Source: Acidimicrobiales bacterium
GTDB lineage: Bacteria; Actinomycetota; Acidimicrobiia; Acidimicrobiales; Aldehydirespiratoraceae
Assembly (NCBI GenBank): GCA_049437325.1
Contig: JBMTIM010000001.1
Span: forward strand, 16,738-80,737
Direction: 5' to 3'
Length of the DNA: 64,000 nt
Of the stretch, positions 53,211-62,957 are shown piece by piece; position 1 is the stretch's first letter; each line of letters opens with the position of its first letter. The notes below the pieces were generated by a model. That model had not been told where the DNA came from. It did not search any database and worked only from the letters and a program-made list of their open reading frames with translations. The translations under genes and the position numbers were made by a program.

Positions 53211-54878
53211 ATGACTATCCCGACCGCCGATGTGGCAACACAGCTGGAGTCCCGCTTTGGGATCACCGGACTCGAACTGCGTGCCAACCTCTCGCAATCC
53301 GAACTGTTCGACGAGGCGATCGCAAACGATCGGGGTCGGGTCACGGTCGGCGGACCGGACAACGCGCAAAAAGCATTCCCGACTTCGCTCGGCAAAGACG
53401 GCCCCCTGATCTTCTTCTCCGATCCGGAGTGCACCGGCCGGCCCGTTGCCGACACGTTCTGCGTCGACCGCCCCGACACCACCGACCGGGTGTGGTGGAA
53501 GAACGGGTTCAGCAAGTTCGATGCTGCAGCCTTCGATGCCCTTCTCCCCCGCGTGGTCGAGCATCTCAATCAACGCGGTGAACACCTCTACGTCACCGAC
53601 GTCTTCTGTGGCTGGGATCCCACCTTCGCCGAGCCCTACCGCTTCGTCGGGGAATTCGCGACGCACGCGTATTTCTGCAACATCATGTTCCCGAGCGGGG
53701 TCCGCGACGACGCCGACCGGGCCGATTCGGGCTGGACGCTCATCAACGCACCGTCGTTCGTGACCGATCCGCAACGCGACGGCACCCGAAGCAACCGGGC
53801 CGTGATCATCGACATCGAGAACCGGGTCGGTCTCGTCCTCGGGCCGGCCGACTACTGCGGCGTGAACAAGAAGACCATGTTCACGATCATGAACTTCGTG
53901 CTCCCCGACAGGGGTCAACTGTCGATGCACTGCTCGGCCAACGTGGGCGGCCGTGGCGACACCGCGATCCTGTTCGGCCTTTCCGGAACCGGGAAGACCA
54001 CCCTTTCCGCAGATCCCGCACGAGAACTGATCGGCGATGACGAGCACGTCTGGACCGACGCCGGCATCTCCAATTTCGAGAACGGCTGCTACGCAAAGCT
54101 GATCGATCTCGACAAGAACGCCGAACCGATCATTGCGGCTGCCATGTCGATGCCGGGGACGCTGATCGAGAACGTTCCACCCCTTCCCGGAAAAGCGATC
54201 GAGGAGACCGATCCACAGGAGTTCGATCTCACAGACGGTTCCATCACCGAGAACACCCGGTTCGCCTATCCGTTGCTCGCGAATCCGAACGTCCGCGAGG
54301 GTGCGGCGGGTCCACACCCCGAAACGATCGTCCTGCTCACGGCCGATGCCTTCGGCGTGCTGCCCCCCGTCTCGATCCTCGACAAGAGCGAAACGATGTA
54401 CCACTTCGTCATGGGCTTCACGTCGAAGCTCGCCGGTACCGAGGTGGGCGTTACCGAACCAGAGCCGAACTTCTCGTCATGCTTCGGCGCACCGTTCATG
54501 TCCCAGAAGCCGAGGGTGTACGCCGAACTGCTCGCGAACCGCATGGCCGAGAACAACACGCGTTGCATCATGCTCAACACCGGCTGGACCGGCGGCCCGT
54601 ACGGCAAAGGCGAGCGCATGTCGCTCAGGGACACCCGAGCGCTGCTCGATGCAGCACTCGACGGCGCGTTCGACGGCGCCGAGTTGGTGACCCAACCCAT
54701 CCTCGGCGTGAAGATGCCCACGACATGCGACACGGTCGACGACACGATCCTCAACCCGCGCGACACATGGGATGACCCCGAGGCATACGACGAGGCCGCT
54801 ACCCGGCTGCGCGACATGTTCCGAGCCAATTACGACGAACAGAACTACGCCGAACTCGGAATCGAACCTGCAATGTGA
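53211..54878 (+). CDS. pckA: Phosphoenolpyruvate carboxykinase (ATP-dependent type)
   Basis: 555 aa with the kinase-1a loop LFGLSGTGKTTLSADP, IGDDEHVW, and NTGWTGGPYG near the C-terminus, all typical of ATP-PEPCK. Confidence 0.92.
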   Translation: MTIPTADVATQLESRFGITGLELRANLSQSELFDEAIANDRGRVTVGGPDNAQKAFPTSLGKDGPLIFFSDPECTGRPVADTFCVDRPDTTDRVWWKNGFSKFDAAAFDALLPRVVEHLNQRGEHLYVTDVFCGWDPTFAEPYRFVGEFATHAYFCNIMFPSGVRDDADRADSGWTLINAPSFVTDPQRDGTRSNRAVIIDIENRVGLVLGPADYCGVNKKTMFTIMNFVLPDRGQLSMHCSANVGGRGDTAILFGLSGTGKTTLSADPARELIGDDEHVWTDAGISNFENGCYAKLIDLDKNAEPIIAAAMSMPGTLIENVPPLPGKAIEETDPQEFDLTDGSITENTRFAYPLLANPNVREGAAGPHPETIVLLTADAFGVLPPVSILDKSETMYHFVMGFTSKLAGTEVGVTEPEPNFSSCFGAPFMSQKPRVYAELLANRMAENNTRCIMLNTGWTGGPYGKGERMSLRDTRALLDAALDGAFDGAELVTQPILGVKMPTTCDTVDDTILNPRDTWDDPEAYDEAATRLRDMFRANYDEQNYAELGIEPAM

Positions 54879-54923
54879 GCGGGCCCGACGTCGATCTCGG
54901 CGTCGAACATCCCCGACCTCCGG

Positions 54924-55382
54924 TCAGGGCTCCATCAACAACATGTCGACCGTGATCTCGAGGTGCCCCAGATGCTGGGTGAGTTCCTCGTAGGCATGAA
55001 GGACGGCTGCGCCAACGGTCCAGGCCTGCCCGAGCGGTTGCTCGGTCGCAGGTTGATGCACCGTGGCCGTCGCCACCGCAAGATCGGGAGCAAGATCGTC
55101 GAGCAGGTCGAGGACTGCTTGTGCCGCTGCGTGGAGGTCCGCCACAGTGCCGGACGCGACGAACTCATCGTCGCGAACCCGGCTGCTCGGCCGCCCGAGG
55201 ACCACGTGCGAGCACCACCACTCCGCAGCCGAGAAGGCGTGGGTGGCGAGTTGGAAGGGCGTGTTCGCACCAACGTGGCCGAGTCGACGGTTCACGAGTT
55301 CGTCGTCGAGTCGGTCGATGGCAGCAAGTGTGCCGGCGATCGTGCGACCGCAGAACAACCGGAAGTCCTCGAGGGTGATCAT
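54924..55382 (-). CDS. DinB-superfamily protein (DinB_2 / mycothiol-dependent isomerase N-terminal-like four-helix bundle)
   Basis: 152 aa with helical His-containing segments (FQLATHAFSAAEWW ... VLHAYEELTQHLGHLE), consistent with a DinB-type metal site. Confidence 0.65.
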   Translation of the reverse strand: MITLEDFRLFCGRTIAGTLAAIDRLDDELVNRRLGHVGANTPFQLATHAFSAAEWWCSHVVLGRPSSRVRDDEFVASGTVADLHAAAQAVLDLLDDLAPDLAVATATVHQPATEQPLGQAWTVGAAVLHAYEELTQHLGHLEITVDMLLMEP

Positions 55383-55407
55383 CGGGCGCTCCCCCCACAG
55401 CCACCAC

Positions 55408-55770
55408 TCACGAGAGGAACATCGCTCGGATCCCGAGCCCGGTCACCCAGAGGGTTCCCAAGCCGAAGAGTAGGTAGGGGCGGTCGCGCATCTCGGTGCG
55501 TCCGGCATAGATGATCGACAGCGAGCCGAACGCAACGAACCCGTACGCCTGATGGGTACCGGCATCGACTTCGCGTTGGATCTGCAGTGCAACGCCGAGT
55601 GCCGTCTGTACGACGACGATGGCCCAGCCCACGCCGATCGCAATCCACACATGGCGGCCACGGACGGACTCGACGGAATGGGCGATGAGGGCCAGCACCG
55701 CAGCTGCACCGTTGGCAATGACAAACACCCAGCTCACGATGTCGTGAAGATCGGCGATCATTGGGTCCAC
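55408..55770 (-). CDS. Hypothetical small membrane protein (4 TM)
   Basis: 120 aa with four hydrophobic helices. Its start overlaps the upstream GrpB gene's 3' end by 13 nt. No motif recognised. Confidence 0.55.
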   Translation of the reverse strand: MDPMIADLHDIVSWVFVIANGAAAVLALIAHSVESVRGRHVWIAIGVGWAIVVVQTALGVALQIQREVDAGTHQAYGFVAFGSLSIIYAGRTEMRDRPYLLFGLGTLWVTGLGIRAMFLS

Positions 55771-56312
55771 CCGACCGTCGCTGCCCAGTGCTCGGCGCCC
55801 CGAAAAATGATGTCCATCACGGGGTCCTTGACGTCGTAGTACTTCTCGGGCTCATCGGGGTACGCACGGGCGATCACACCCTTGAGTTCGGCGTACCCGT
55901 CGCGCACCGCCTCGTCGGCGCGAAGGTGGTCGCGGAAGAGCAGCGCATATCGCTGGTTCAGACACCCAGCGACCCGAACATGGATGTTGGCCCGCCGGTC
56001 GCCGGGTCGCTCGTTGAAGTACAGCTTTCGCAGCTCGGCGGGCTGATCACATCCCGTCAACAGATCGGTGTCGATGTCGTCACGGTGAACGAACCCTGCA
56101 TCGACCATCGCGTCGACGATGGCCGGATCCAACGACGCCACCGTGACTTGCACGTCGATGATGTCCTTCGCCGCAAGCCCCGGGACCGATGTCGAACCGA
56201 TGTGGTCGATGCGCAGCGCGGTCGATCCGAACACGGCGTCGAGTTCCCGTTCGATCTCGACGAACTGGGCGGGCCATGCGGGGTCGGGGGCGACGAGCTC
56301 GATCAGTGGCAC
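55758..56312 (-). CDS. GrpB family protein
   Basis: VPLIELVAPDPAWPAQF ... IDHIGSTSVPGLAAKDIIDVQV motif of the GrpB/nucleotidyltransferase-like family. The start is inferred at GTG 56312; the ORF-track extension overlaps the upstream gene. Confidence 0.78.
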   Translation of the reverse strand: MPLIELVAPDPAWPAQFVEIERELDAVFGSTALRIDHIGSTSVPGLAAKDIIDVQVTVASLDPAIVDAMVDAGFVHRDDIDTDLLTGCDQPAELRKLYFNERPGDRRANIHVRVAGCLNQRYALLFRDHLRADEAVRDGYAELKGVIARAYPDEPEKYYDVKDPVMDIIFRGAEHWAATVGWTQ

Positions 56313-56355
56313 CCTCGAATTCTCACAGACATTCGGCCTCACGCTGGTGCGCAGA

Positions 56356-57177
56356 TCAACCAAGTCGCGAGAAAATGTCGCGCTGGTACGGCTCACCGGA
56401 TCGCGGTGCGCCTCGCTCCACGAACCACTCGACGCCGAACGCTCGGACGAAAGCATCGGCCGGAAGGCGGAGAAACACGGAGTCGTCGGTGATCTGCGAC
56501 CGATGAGCAGCCATTGCCGATCGCTTGGCCTCGATCACGGCCGAAACATCGATTGCATGGGTGATGTCGGCAGCCGGCGTCCCCAGCTCTGCTTCGAGCA
56601 GGTCACGTTGCCCGGCGCCGTCGTCGTCGCTCGACCCGTCGTCGATCGTCTCGGCCCATGCCGGGTCGTCGGCGAAACCCTTCATCTGCTCACGGTTCAT
56701 GGTCGATTCGAAGCAATGGGGCACACCTGCGAGTTCGGCGGCCCGCTTCCCGACTCGGTGCACCTGGATGTGGTCGGGATGGTTGTAGCCACCGATCGGG
56801 TCGTAGAAGGTGATGAGCTGTGCATTCTCGATGCGCAGAATCGCTGCGAGTCGTTCTGCGGCCTCGTCGACGTCGGCTTGCCAGAAGCAGCCCGGATCAT
56901 CGTTGGTCGCCTCGCCCTCCATCCCTGAATCTCGGTAGCCGAGGAACTCGAGCCGGCTGACACCGAGCACGTCACCGGCTGCACGGAGCTCGCGAGCTCG
57001 TACGTCGGCGAGTGTCTCCCCGACCGGAATCATCTCGGGTGCTGCTTCGCCCCTCCCACCGTCGGTGGCACAGACCAGCACGATGCGATGGCCACGCTGG
57101 GCCCCGATCAGCATCGTGCCACCTGTCGCGATCGCCTCGTCGTCGGGATGGGCGTGGAAGAAGACAGCGGTCGCCAT
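56356..57177 (-). CDS. PIG-L (LmbE) family deacetylase (MshB/Mca-like)
   Basis: 273 aa with the N-terminal motif VFFHAHPDDEAIATGG and the later motif HPDH. Confidence 0.82.
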   Translation of the reverse strand: MATAVFFHAHPDDEAIATGGTMLIGAQRGHRIVLVCATDGGRGEAAPEMIPVGETLADVRARELRAAGDVLGVSRLEFLGYRDSGMEGEATNDDPGCFWQADVDEAAERLAAILRIENAQLITFYDPIGGYNHPDHIQVHRVGKRAAELAGVPHCFESTMNREQMKGFADDPAWAETIDDGSSDDDGAGQRDLLEAELGTPAADITHAIDVSAVIEAKRSAMAAHRSQITDDSVFLRLPADAFVRAFGVEWFVERGAPRSGEPYQRDIFSRLG

Positions 57178-58319
57178 CAGGCGATTGCGCCGCTGTCTCG
57201 AAGCGACGCAATCTCGTCCACGCCGAATCCATAGTCGCTGAGGACCTCATCGGTGTGCTGACCGGCGTGGGCCGGGGGACGCTGGATCTCGGAGTCGGTG
57301 CGGCTGAACCGGGGGGCCGGACGAGGCTGCGTGATGCCCTCGTACTCGATGAAGGTGCCGCGATGGACGTTGTGAGGATGCTGGGGAGCCTCGGCCAGCG
57401 ACAGCACCGGGGCGAAGCAGATGTCGGTGTGTTCCATCACATCACACCACTCGTCGCGCGTGCGGGTCTTGAAGATCGCTGCCAGCTCTTCCTTGAGTTC
57501 GGGCCAGGCGCTCCGACTCATCTGCTGATCCCACTTCGGGTCGGTGAGGTCGAGCTTCTCGCGCAGTTCGGCATAGAACTGGGGCTCGATCGAACCGATC
57601 GACACATATCGGCCGTCGCTCGTCTCGTAGACATCGTAGAAGTGTGATCCAGTGTCGAGCATGTTGGTGCCGCGCTCGTCGTTCCAGACCCCCATCGCTC
57701 GGAAGCCATGGATGAACGACATGAGCGACGCTGCACCATCGACCATCGCCGCATCGACAACCTGACCCTGCCCACTCCCGCGGGCCTCGAGAATCGCACA
57801 GACCATCCCGAACGCCAGGTACATGCCCCCGCCGCCGAAGTCGCCAACCATGTTGATCGGCGGAACGGGGGCCTGCCCCCGGCGGCCGTAGCTGTCGAGC
57901 GCCCCAGCGAGCGAGATGTAGTTGATGTCGTGACCAGCTGCATGGGCATACGGGCCGTCCTGCCCCCAGCCGGTCATGCGCCCGTAGACGAGCGCAGGGT
58001 TGCGGGCCAGGCAGTCGTCAGGGCCGAGACCGAGACGCTCGGTGACACCCGGCCGAAATCCCTCCATCAATGCGTCGGCCGACTCGACCAGACGCATCAC
58101 GGTCTCGACGCCGCCCGGCGACTTCAGGTCGACCCCGATCGAACGACGACCGCGGTTCATCACGTCGGCCGGCGGCGTGCTCGGATCGCCACCACGGACG
58201 GCGCCGGCTCGATCGACGCGGATCACGTCGGCCCCCATGTCCGCCAACATCATTGCGCAGAACGGGCCGGGTCCGATCCCGGCGAGTTCGATGATGCGGA
58301 CTCCGGCGAGTGGACCCAT
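57177..58319 (-). CDS. Family III CoA-transferase (CaiB/BaiF; alpha-methylacyl-CoA racemase-like)
   Basis: 380 aa with N-terminus [34 protein letters not shown]. Confidence 0.85.
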   Translation of the reverse strand: MGPLAGVRIIELAGIGPGPFCAMMLADMGADVIRVDRAGAVRGGDPSTPPADVMNRGRRSIGVDLKSPGGVETVMRLVESADALMEGFRPGVTERLGLGPDDCLARNPALVYGRMTGWGQDGPYAHAAGHDINYISLAGALDSYGRRGQAPVPPINMVGDFGGGGMYLAFGMVCAILEARGSGQGQVVDAAMVDGAASLMSFIHGFRAMGVWNDERGTNMLDTGSHFYDVYETSDGRYVSIGSIEPQFYAELREKLDLTDPKWDQQMSRSAWPELKEELAAIFKTRTRDEWCDVMEHTDICFAPVLSLAEAPQHPHNVHRGTFIEYEGITQPRPAPRFSRTDSEIQRPPAHAGQHTDEVLSDYGFGVDEIASLRDSGAIA

Positions 58320-58388
58320 GGCGTGCTCCTGAAAATGTCTGAGGTGAGGCTCGTCGATGCTAGTTCGCCAGGAAGAAACGGACGCAGC

Positions 58389-59228
58389 TCAGGCGAACGT
58401 GCGAGCGGTGAGAGCAGTGGTTGCTTCGATCAGTGGCGGCCACATCTGGTACACGAAGTCGTGGGCAAAGCCATCGATCTCGAGATAGTCCGCACCCGGT
58501 ATGAGTTCGGCGGTGCGGCGACCGTGCTCGGGCAGGACCAGGGTGTCGTTCTCGCCATGCACGACGAGCGTCGGAACGTCGAGATCCCGCAGCGCGTTCA
58601 TCCAGGCGGGCGAACGCATGACAGCGGCGTACTGGCGAAGTCCGCCACCACTGTCGAACTGCCGCTCGTAGACAGCAGCGAAGAATGCTCGAAGGGCATC
58701 CGCATCGAACCAATCGGGATTGGACCACAGCCGGCGAGACTCGATGTCGGATTCGATCTGCGCTTCGATCGTCGCTTCGCCCGGCTTCACCAGGGCCGCA
58801 ACGATCTCCGGCGCGGCAGCCGGCAGGGCGGGGTCACCGCACGACGAGGCGACCGAGACCAGCGCTCGGAGCCGATCGGGATGGTCGATCGCCGTCTGCT
58901 GGGCAACCATCCCCCCGAGCGACATGCCGAGTACGACGACCTTGTGCACGCCGGCTGCGTCGAGCACCGCCGTGACGTCGGCCGCCATGTCCGAGAGGGT
59001 GTATTCGAGCGACGCATCCGTCTTGGTCGACAGTCCGACGTCGCGGTTGTCCATGCGGAGCACGAAGAAGCCTCGGTCGACGAGTGCGTGGCAGAACGCA
59101 TCGGCAAAGATGATGCACTGGCTTCCCATCCCGGGGATGCAGATGATCGCCGGGTCGTCGGACCCGTCGACGGGAAACCCGAAGGTGTCGTAGTAGAGCT
59201 CGATGTCACCGTTGTGCGCCGTGGCCAT
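58389..59228 (-). CDS. Alpha/beta hydrolase
   Basis: 279 aa with the nucleophile elbow VVLGMSLGGMVA and a C-terminal His context (DGFAHDF). Confidence 0.8.
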   Translation of the reverse strand: MATAHNGDIELYYDTFGFPVDGSDDPAIICIPGMGSQCIIFADAFCHALVDRGFFVLRMDNRDVGLSTKTDASLEYTLSDMAADVTAVLDAAGVHKVVVLGMSLGGMVAQQTAIDHPDRLRALVSVASSCGDPALPAAAPEIVAALVKPGEATIEAQIESDIESRRLWSNPDWFDADALRAFFAAVYERQFDSGGGLRQYAAVMRSPAWMNALRDLDVPTLVVHGENDTLVLPEHGRRTAELIPGADYLEIDGFAHDFVYQMWPPLIEATTALTARTFA

Positions 59229-59269
59229 GGATCGACCATAGTTTCGATCGCACTCGACGCCTGACGGTC

Positions 59270-60208
59270 TCAGTCGAACCGGAGGACGCGAGCGGGATCG
59301 ATCCGGAAGCGAACGTCGTCACCCACGGCCGGCGGATCGTCGAGCAGGAACCGCAGCATCCGACCGTCGGGGGTGCGCAGCCGAACGGAGTAGGACGTTC
59401 CCCGGAACTGCACACGATCCACGGTCGCTTCGTGCGATCCTGACGGGTCGACGATCATCGCATCTGCACGCCACACGACTGTGGCCGAGTCGTCGACGAT
59501 TTCGTTGGTGTGGCCGAGTACTCGAGCCACGGTGATCGACGCCGGTGCCGCCCAGACGTCACCGGGCGGTCCGACCTGAAGCAGTTTCCCGGCATGCATC
59601 ACCGCCAGTCGATCGCCGATCGCAAACGCCTCGTCGTGATCGTGGGTCACATGAATCGCGCCGGTGCCGGTTTCCTGCAACACGTCGGGGAGTTCGTCGA
59701 TGAGCCGCTCGCGGCGGTGCCGGTCGAGTGAACCCAGCGGCTCGTCGAGGAGCAAGATCTTCGGCGCAGGTGCCAATGCGCGGGCGAGCGCAACCCGCTG
59801 TGCCTCGCCACCCGACAGCGTTGCGATCTCGCGACCGCCGAAGCCCTCCAGCCCGACGAGCGCCAACATCTCCCGCACACGCCGGGTGCGGGCCCGGTCT
59901 GCTTCACCAGCCATGCGAAGACCGAACGCCACGTTCTGTTCCACGGTGCGGTGCGGGAACAGCGCATGGTCCTGGAACATCAAGCCGATGGGTCGTTGGT
60001 CCGGCGCAGCATGGCTCAGGTCGGTGCCATCGACCGACACTGTCCCGTCACCGGCTTCGAGGCCTGCGATCGCCCGCAGCAAGGTCGACTTGCCACATCC
60101 GCTCGACCCGAGCACGGCGAGCCGCTCCCCTTCCGCCAACTCGAACGAGACGTTGTCGACCGCACGGACACCTCCGAACCGGACGGTCAATGCATCGACT
60201 CGCAGCAT
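59270..60208 (-). CDS. thiQ: ABC transporter ATP-binding protein (thiamine importer ThiQ-like)
   Basis: Walker A GSSGCGKSTLL, signature LSGGEAQRVALA, Walker B ILLLDEP. It is the last gene of an operon headed by a TPP riboswitch. Confidence 0.8.
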   Translation of the reverse strand: MLRVDALTVRFGGVRAVDNVSFELAEGERLAVLGSSGCGKSTLLRAIAGLEAGDGTVSVDGTDLSHAAPDQRPIGLMFQDHALFPHRTVEQNVAFGLRMAGEADRARTRRVREMLALVGLEGFGGREIATLSGGEAQRVALARALAPAPKILLLDEPLGSLDRHRRERLIDELPDVLQETGTGAIHVTHDHDEAFAIGDRLAVMHAGKLLQVGPPGDVWAAPASITVARVLGHTNEIVDDSATVVWRADAMIVDPSGSHEATVDRVQFRGTSYSVRLRTPDGRMLRFLLDDPPAVGDDVRFRIDPARVLRFD

Positions 60209-61824
60209 CAGAGTGACCCTTCCGTCGTCCCGTGCGATGACTCGATCACGAACACCGACACCGAGACGAGCACCATGAGCACCACGGCAAGCGCCATCGC
60301 CTGACCTCGGAGGAGATCGCCCGGTGTCGACAGGAGTCGGAAGAGTGCGACCGGCGCAGTCACGTCGTCGGGGCGCCGGGGGAGGAACGACGTTGCCCCG
60401 AACTCACCGAGCGAAACGGCAAAGGCGAACCCGCCCCCCACCAGAGCCCCGCGAGCACCGATCACGAGGTCGATTTCGCGACGAACACGCCGTCGAGATG
60501 CACCGAGCACAGCAGCGGCTTCGCGAATGGACGGGTCGATCGATCGCAGAAGAGGGACCATCGTGCGAACCACGAAGGGAACTCCGACCAGCGCGTGGGC
60601 GACGGGAATGATCCACCAGCGGGTTCGAAAGTCGACCGGCGGCTCGTCCAGCGCAACGAGCATGCCGAACCCGATGGTGACGGCGGACGTCCCGAGCGGC
60701 AGGGTCAGACCGAGGTCGAAGAGCCGCCGCCAGCCCGAGCGCCCGTGGACAACCACCACCGAGGCCACCACGCCGATCAGCACGGCGAGTGCAGTGGCCA
60801 ACACCGCATAGTGGACCGAGTTCCACAACGCCGTGGTCGCCGGTGCCGGAAGTTGACGGACTCGGGTGCCGAGCGCCTCGTAGTGTCCGAGACCGTAGCC
60901 GGTGCCGGTCGAGAACGAGCGCTCGACGAGAACGGCGAGCGGAACGCCGAGGAGCGCACCGGCGACGACGGTGTTGATCCACCGGCCCGATCGCGATCTG
61001 AGTGTCGGCGTCGAGCGTGCCATTCGGATGGGTGCAGGACGGCGGCGCTCGAGCCAGGTCGACACGGTGACCAGCGCAAGGACCGCTGCCAGTTGGACCA
61101 CCGCCAACGCAGCAGCGCTGGTCAGATCGGTGCGACTGACGGCATAGCGGTAGATCTCCGTCTCGAGCGTTGCCCGCCTGGGTCCACCAAGAATCAACAC
61201 TGCACCGAAGGAGGTGAACGAGAACAGAAAGACGATTGCCGATGCCGAACTGATCGCCGGGCGGAGCAACGGCAACGTCACCTCCCGCCATGCCCGCCAG
61301 CGGGAGGCGCCGAGCACTCTCGCAGCCTCCGCCTGCCGGCCGTCGAGTCCAGCCCATGCGGTTCCCACCACCCGAACGACAACCGCATAGTTGAAAAAGA
61401 TGTGCGCGATCAGGATCGCCCACACCGTGTGCCGGAGCCGGAATGCACCGGTGTCGAGCCCCGTGGCGAAAAAGAGCTCGTCGAACGCACCGGCGACGAC
61501 GACTGTGGGCAGGACGAACGGCACGGTCACGAGCGCTCGCACGACACGGCGAGCCCGGTCGCTCAATCCGCCGACCGTGGCAGCCGCCGGCAGGGCGACT
61601 GCGATGGTGAGCACAGTGGAGACCACTGCTTGCCAGAACGTGAACCAGAGAACGCTGCGTTGTCTCGACGACCTCATCAGCTCGTCGACGGCATCGAGTC
61701 CCTCACCGCCCAGTCCCCGCCCCACGACCATGCCGACCGGGAACAGAAAGAACAGACCGATGAACAGGATCGGCAGGAGCATCAGGGCGCCGCCGGCACC
61801 GATGCCGAGCCGAGTTCGCATCAC
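60208..61824 (-). CDS. thiP: ABC transporter permease, duplicated (ThiP-like)
   Basis: 538 aa with about 12 TM helices and two permease halves. It has 1-nt and 4-nt overlaps with the flanking ABC genes. Confidence 0.8.
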   Translation of the reverse strand: MMRTRLGIGAGGALMLLPILFIGLFFLFPVGMVVGRGLGGEGLDAVDELMRSSRQRSVLWFTFWQAVVSTVLTIAVALPAAATVGGLSDRARRVVRALVTVPFVLPTVVVAGAFDELFFATGLDTGAFRLRHTVWAILIAHIFFNYAVVVRVVGTAWAGLDGRQAEAARVLGASRWRAWREVTLPLLRPAISSASAIVFLFSFTSFGAVLILGGPRRATLETEIYRYAVSRTDLTSAAALAVVQLAAVLALVTVSTWLERRRPAPIRMARSTPTLRSRSGRWINTVVAGALLGVPLAVLVERSFSTGTGYGLGHYEALGTRVRQLPAPATTALWNSVHYAVLATALAVLIGVVASVVVVHGRSGWRRLFDLGLTLPLGTSAVTIGFGMLVALDEPPVDFRTRWWIIPVAHALVGVPFVVRTMVPLLRSIDPSIREAAAVLGASRRRVRREIDLVIGARGALVGGGFAFAVSLGEFGATSFLPRRPDDVTAPVALFRLLSTPGDLLRGQAMALAVVLMVLVSVSVFVIESSHGTTEGSL

Positions 61825-62864
61825 CCGAGAACGATCTCGACCCAGCGGTCGACCCAGGCATCTCGGTTCGCCTCGATCTCGGCAGGATCCATGATGTGTG
61901 GCGCGATCGGAACCGTCGTGTGCTCGACGAATTCCGGCGGCAACGCAGCCGACTGCGATGCCGGGAAGACGAACATGTTGAGCGGCACGTCCTCCTGGAA
62001 GGTGTCGGTGAGCATGAAATCGATCAGGGCAGCCGCACCGGCGGGATTGGCAGCACCGGCGAGCACGCCGGCGAACTCGATCTGACGGAAGCAGGAGTCG
62101 AGGAGGACCCCGGTGGGTGCAACGTCGATCGGGGGGTCGGCGAAAATCACCTCGGCCGGGGGACTCGACGCATACGAGACGACGATCGATCGCTCACCGC
62201 CGCCGGCGATGAACTCCCCGTAATACGCGTCCTCCCAGCCGGCTGCGATGCCGACGTCGTTGGCGACCAGATCGGCCCAGAACTGCTCCCAATCATCGGT
62301 ACCGACGATTGTGGCCAACAAGAACGCAAGCCCCGGCGAAGACGTCTCGGGTGACTGCACCACCAGCTGACCTGCATAGCGCTCGTCCGTGAGGTCCTCC
62401 AGCGTCGTTGGCACCGCAGCACCGGGGAGTGCATCGATCCAGTAGTTGATGCACACATCCCCGAAGCTGATCGGAGTGACACGGTTGTCGCCGTCGAGCT
62501 TCAGCTCGTCGAACACACGATCGAGGTTCGGGGACTCGTAGGGTTGGAAGAGCGAAGCGTCGAGTCCGCGCTGGAGAAAGGTGTTGTCGACTCCGAAGAG
62601 CACATCGGCGATCGGCGCGTCCTTGGTGAGGATCGCCTCGCTCACCATCGCCCCCGCATCACCCACTTGGAGCAGTTCGACAGTCACGCCTGTCTCGGCC
62701 GTGAAGGCTTCCCAGACCGAGTCAGAAATCGCGAACGAGTCGTGCGTCATCAGTGTGACGGTCGTTCCACCCGGGTCACTCCCGAACTCCCCTGCTCGAT
62801 CTTCACTACCACATGCTGCCGTGAGCGCCACGACAGCCAGCAACGAAAGCGACCGCCTTTTCAT
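61821..62864 (-). CDS. thiB: Thiamine/TPP ABC transporter substrate-binding lipoprotein
   Basis: Start at ATG 62864 (MKRRSLSLLAVVALTAACGS, a lipobox), preceded by GGAGGAAG 3 nt upstream. The ORF-track ATG at 62882 lies inside the riboswitch core (UAAUGCCAGCG). Confidence 0.8.
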   Translation of the reverse strand: MKRRSLSLLAVVALTAACGSEDRAGEFGSDPGGTTVTLMTHDSFAISDSVWEAFTAETGVTVELLQVGDAGAMVSEAILTKDAPIADVLFGVDNTFLQRGLDASLFQPYESPNLDRVFDELKLDGDNRVTPISFGDVCINYWIDALPGAAVPTTLEDLTDERYAGQLVVQSPETSSPGLAFLLATIVGTDDWEQFWADLVANDVGIAAGWEDAYYGEFIAGGGERSIVVSYASSPPAEVIFADPPIDVAPTGVLLDSCFRQIEFAGVLAGAANPAGAAALIDFMLTDTFQEDVPLNMFVFPASQSAALPPEFVEHTTVPIAPHIMDPAEIEANRDAWVDRWVEIVLG

Positions 62865-62865
62865 G

Positions 62866-62957
62866 ACTTCCTCCGCTGGCATTACCCAGATCAGGTTCTG
62901 TCGGGTCGTCGACAGCTGTCGACCTCTCAGCCCGGCGTTGCGAGCTCCCCGGTTGGT
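62866..62957 (-). promoter_or_regulatory. TPP (THI-box) riboswitch
   Basis: The minus-strand RNA reads ACCGGGGAGCUCGCAACGCCGGGCUGAGAGGUCGACAGCUGUCGACGACCCGACAGAACCUGAUCUGGGUAAUGCCAGCGGAGGAAGU. It contains the conserved elements GGGG..., CUGAGA, and ACCUGAUCUGGGUAAUGCCAGCG. Its 3' end includes the Shine-Dalgarno sequence of thiB. Confidence 0.9.

Noticed and set aside
52845-54404. The N-terminal ~520 codons of the 890-aa minus-strand ORF 51732..54404
   Set aside because: This part is antisense to pckA and overlaps the RAM-domain gene. Only the last ~370 codons (from about 52844) show MetE-like motifs.
62865-62882. ATG 62882 as the start of the substrate-binding protein
   Set aside because: This ATG is part of the invariant UAAUGCCAGCG core of the TPP riboswitch. 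The downstream ATG 62864 has a proper SD and begins a signal peptide.
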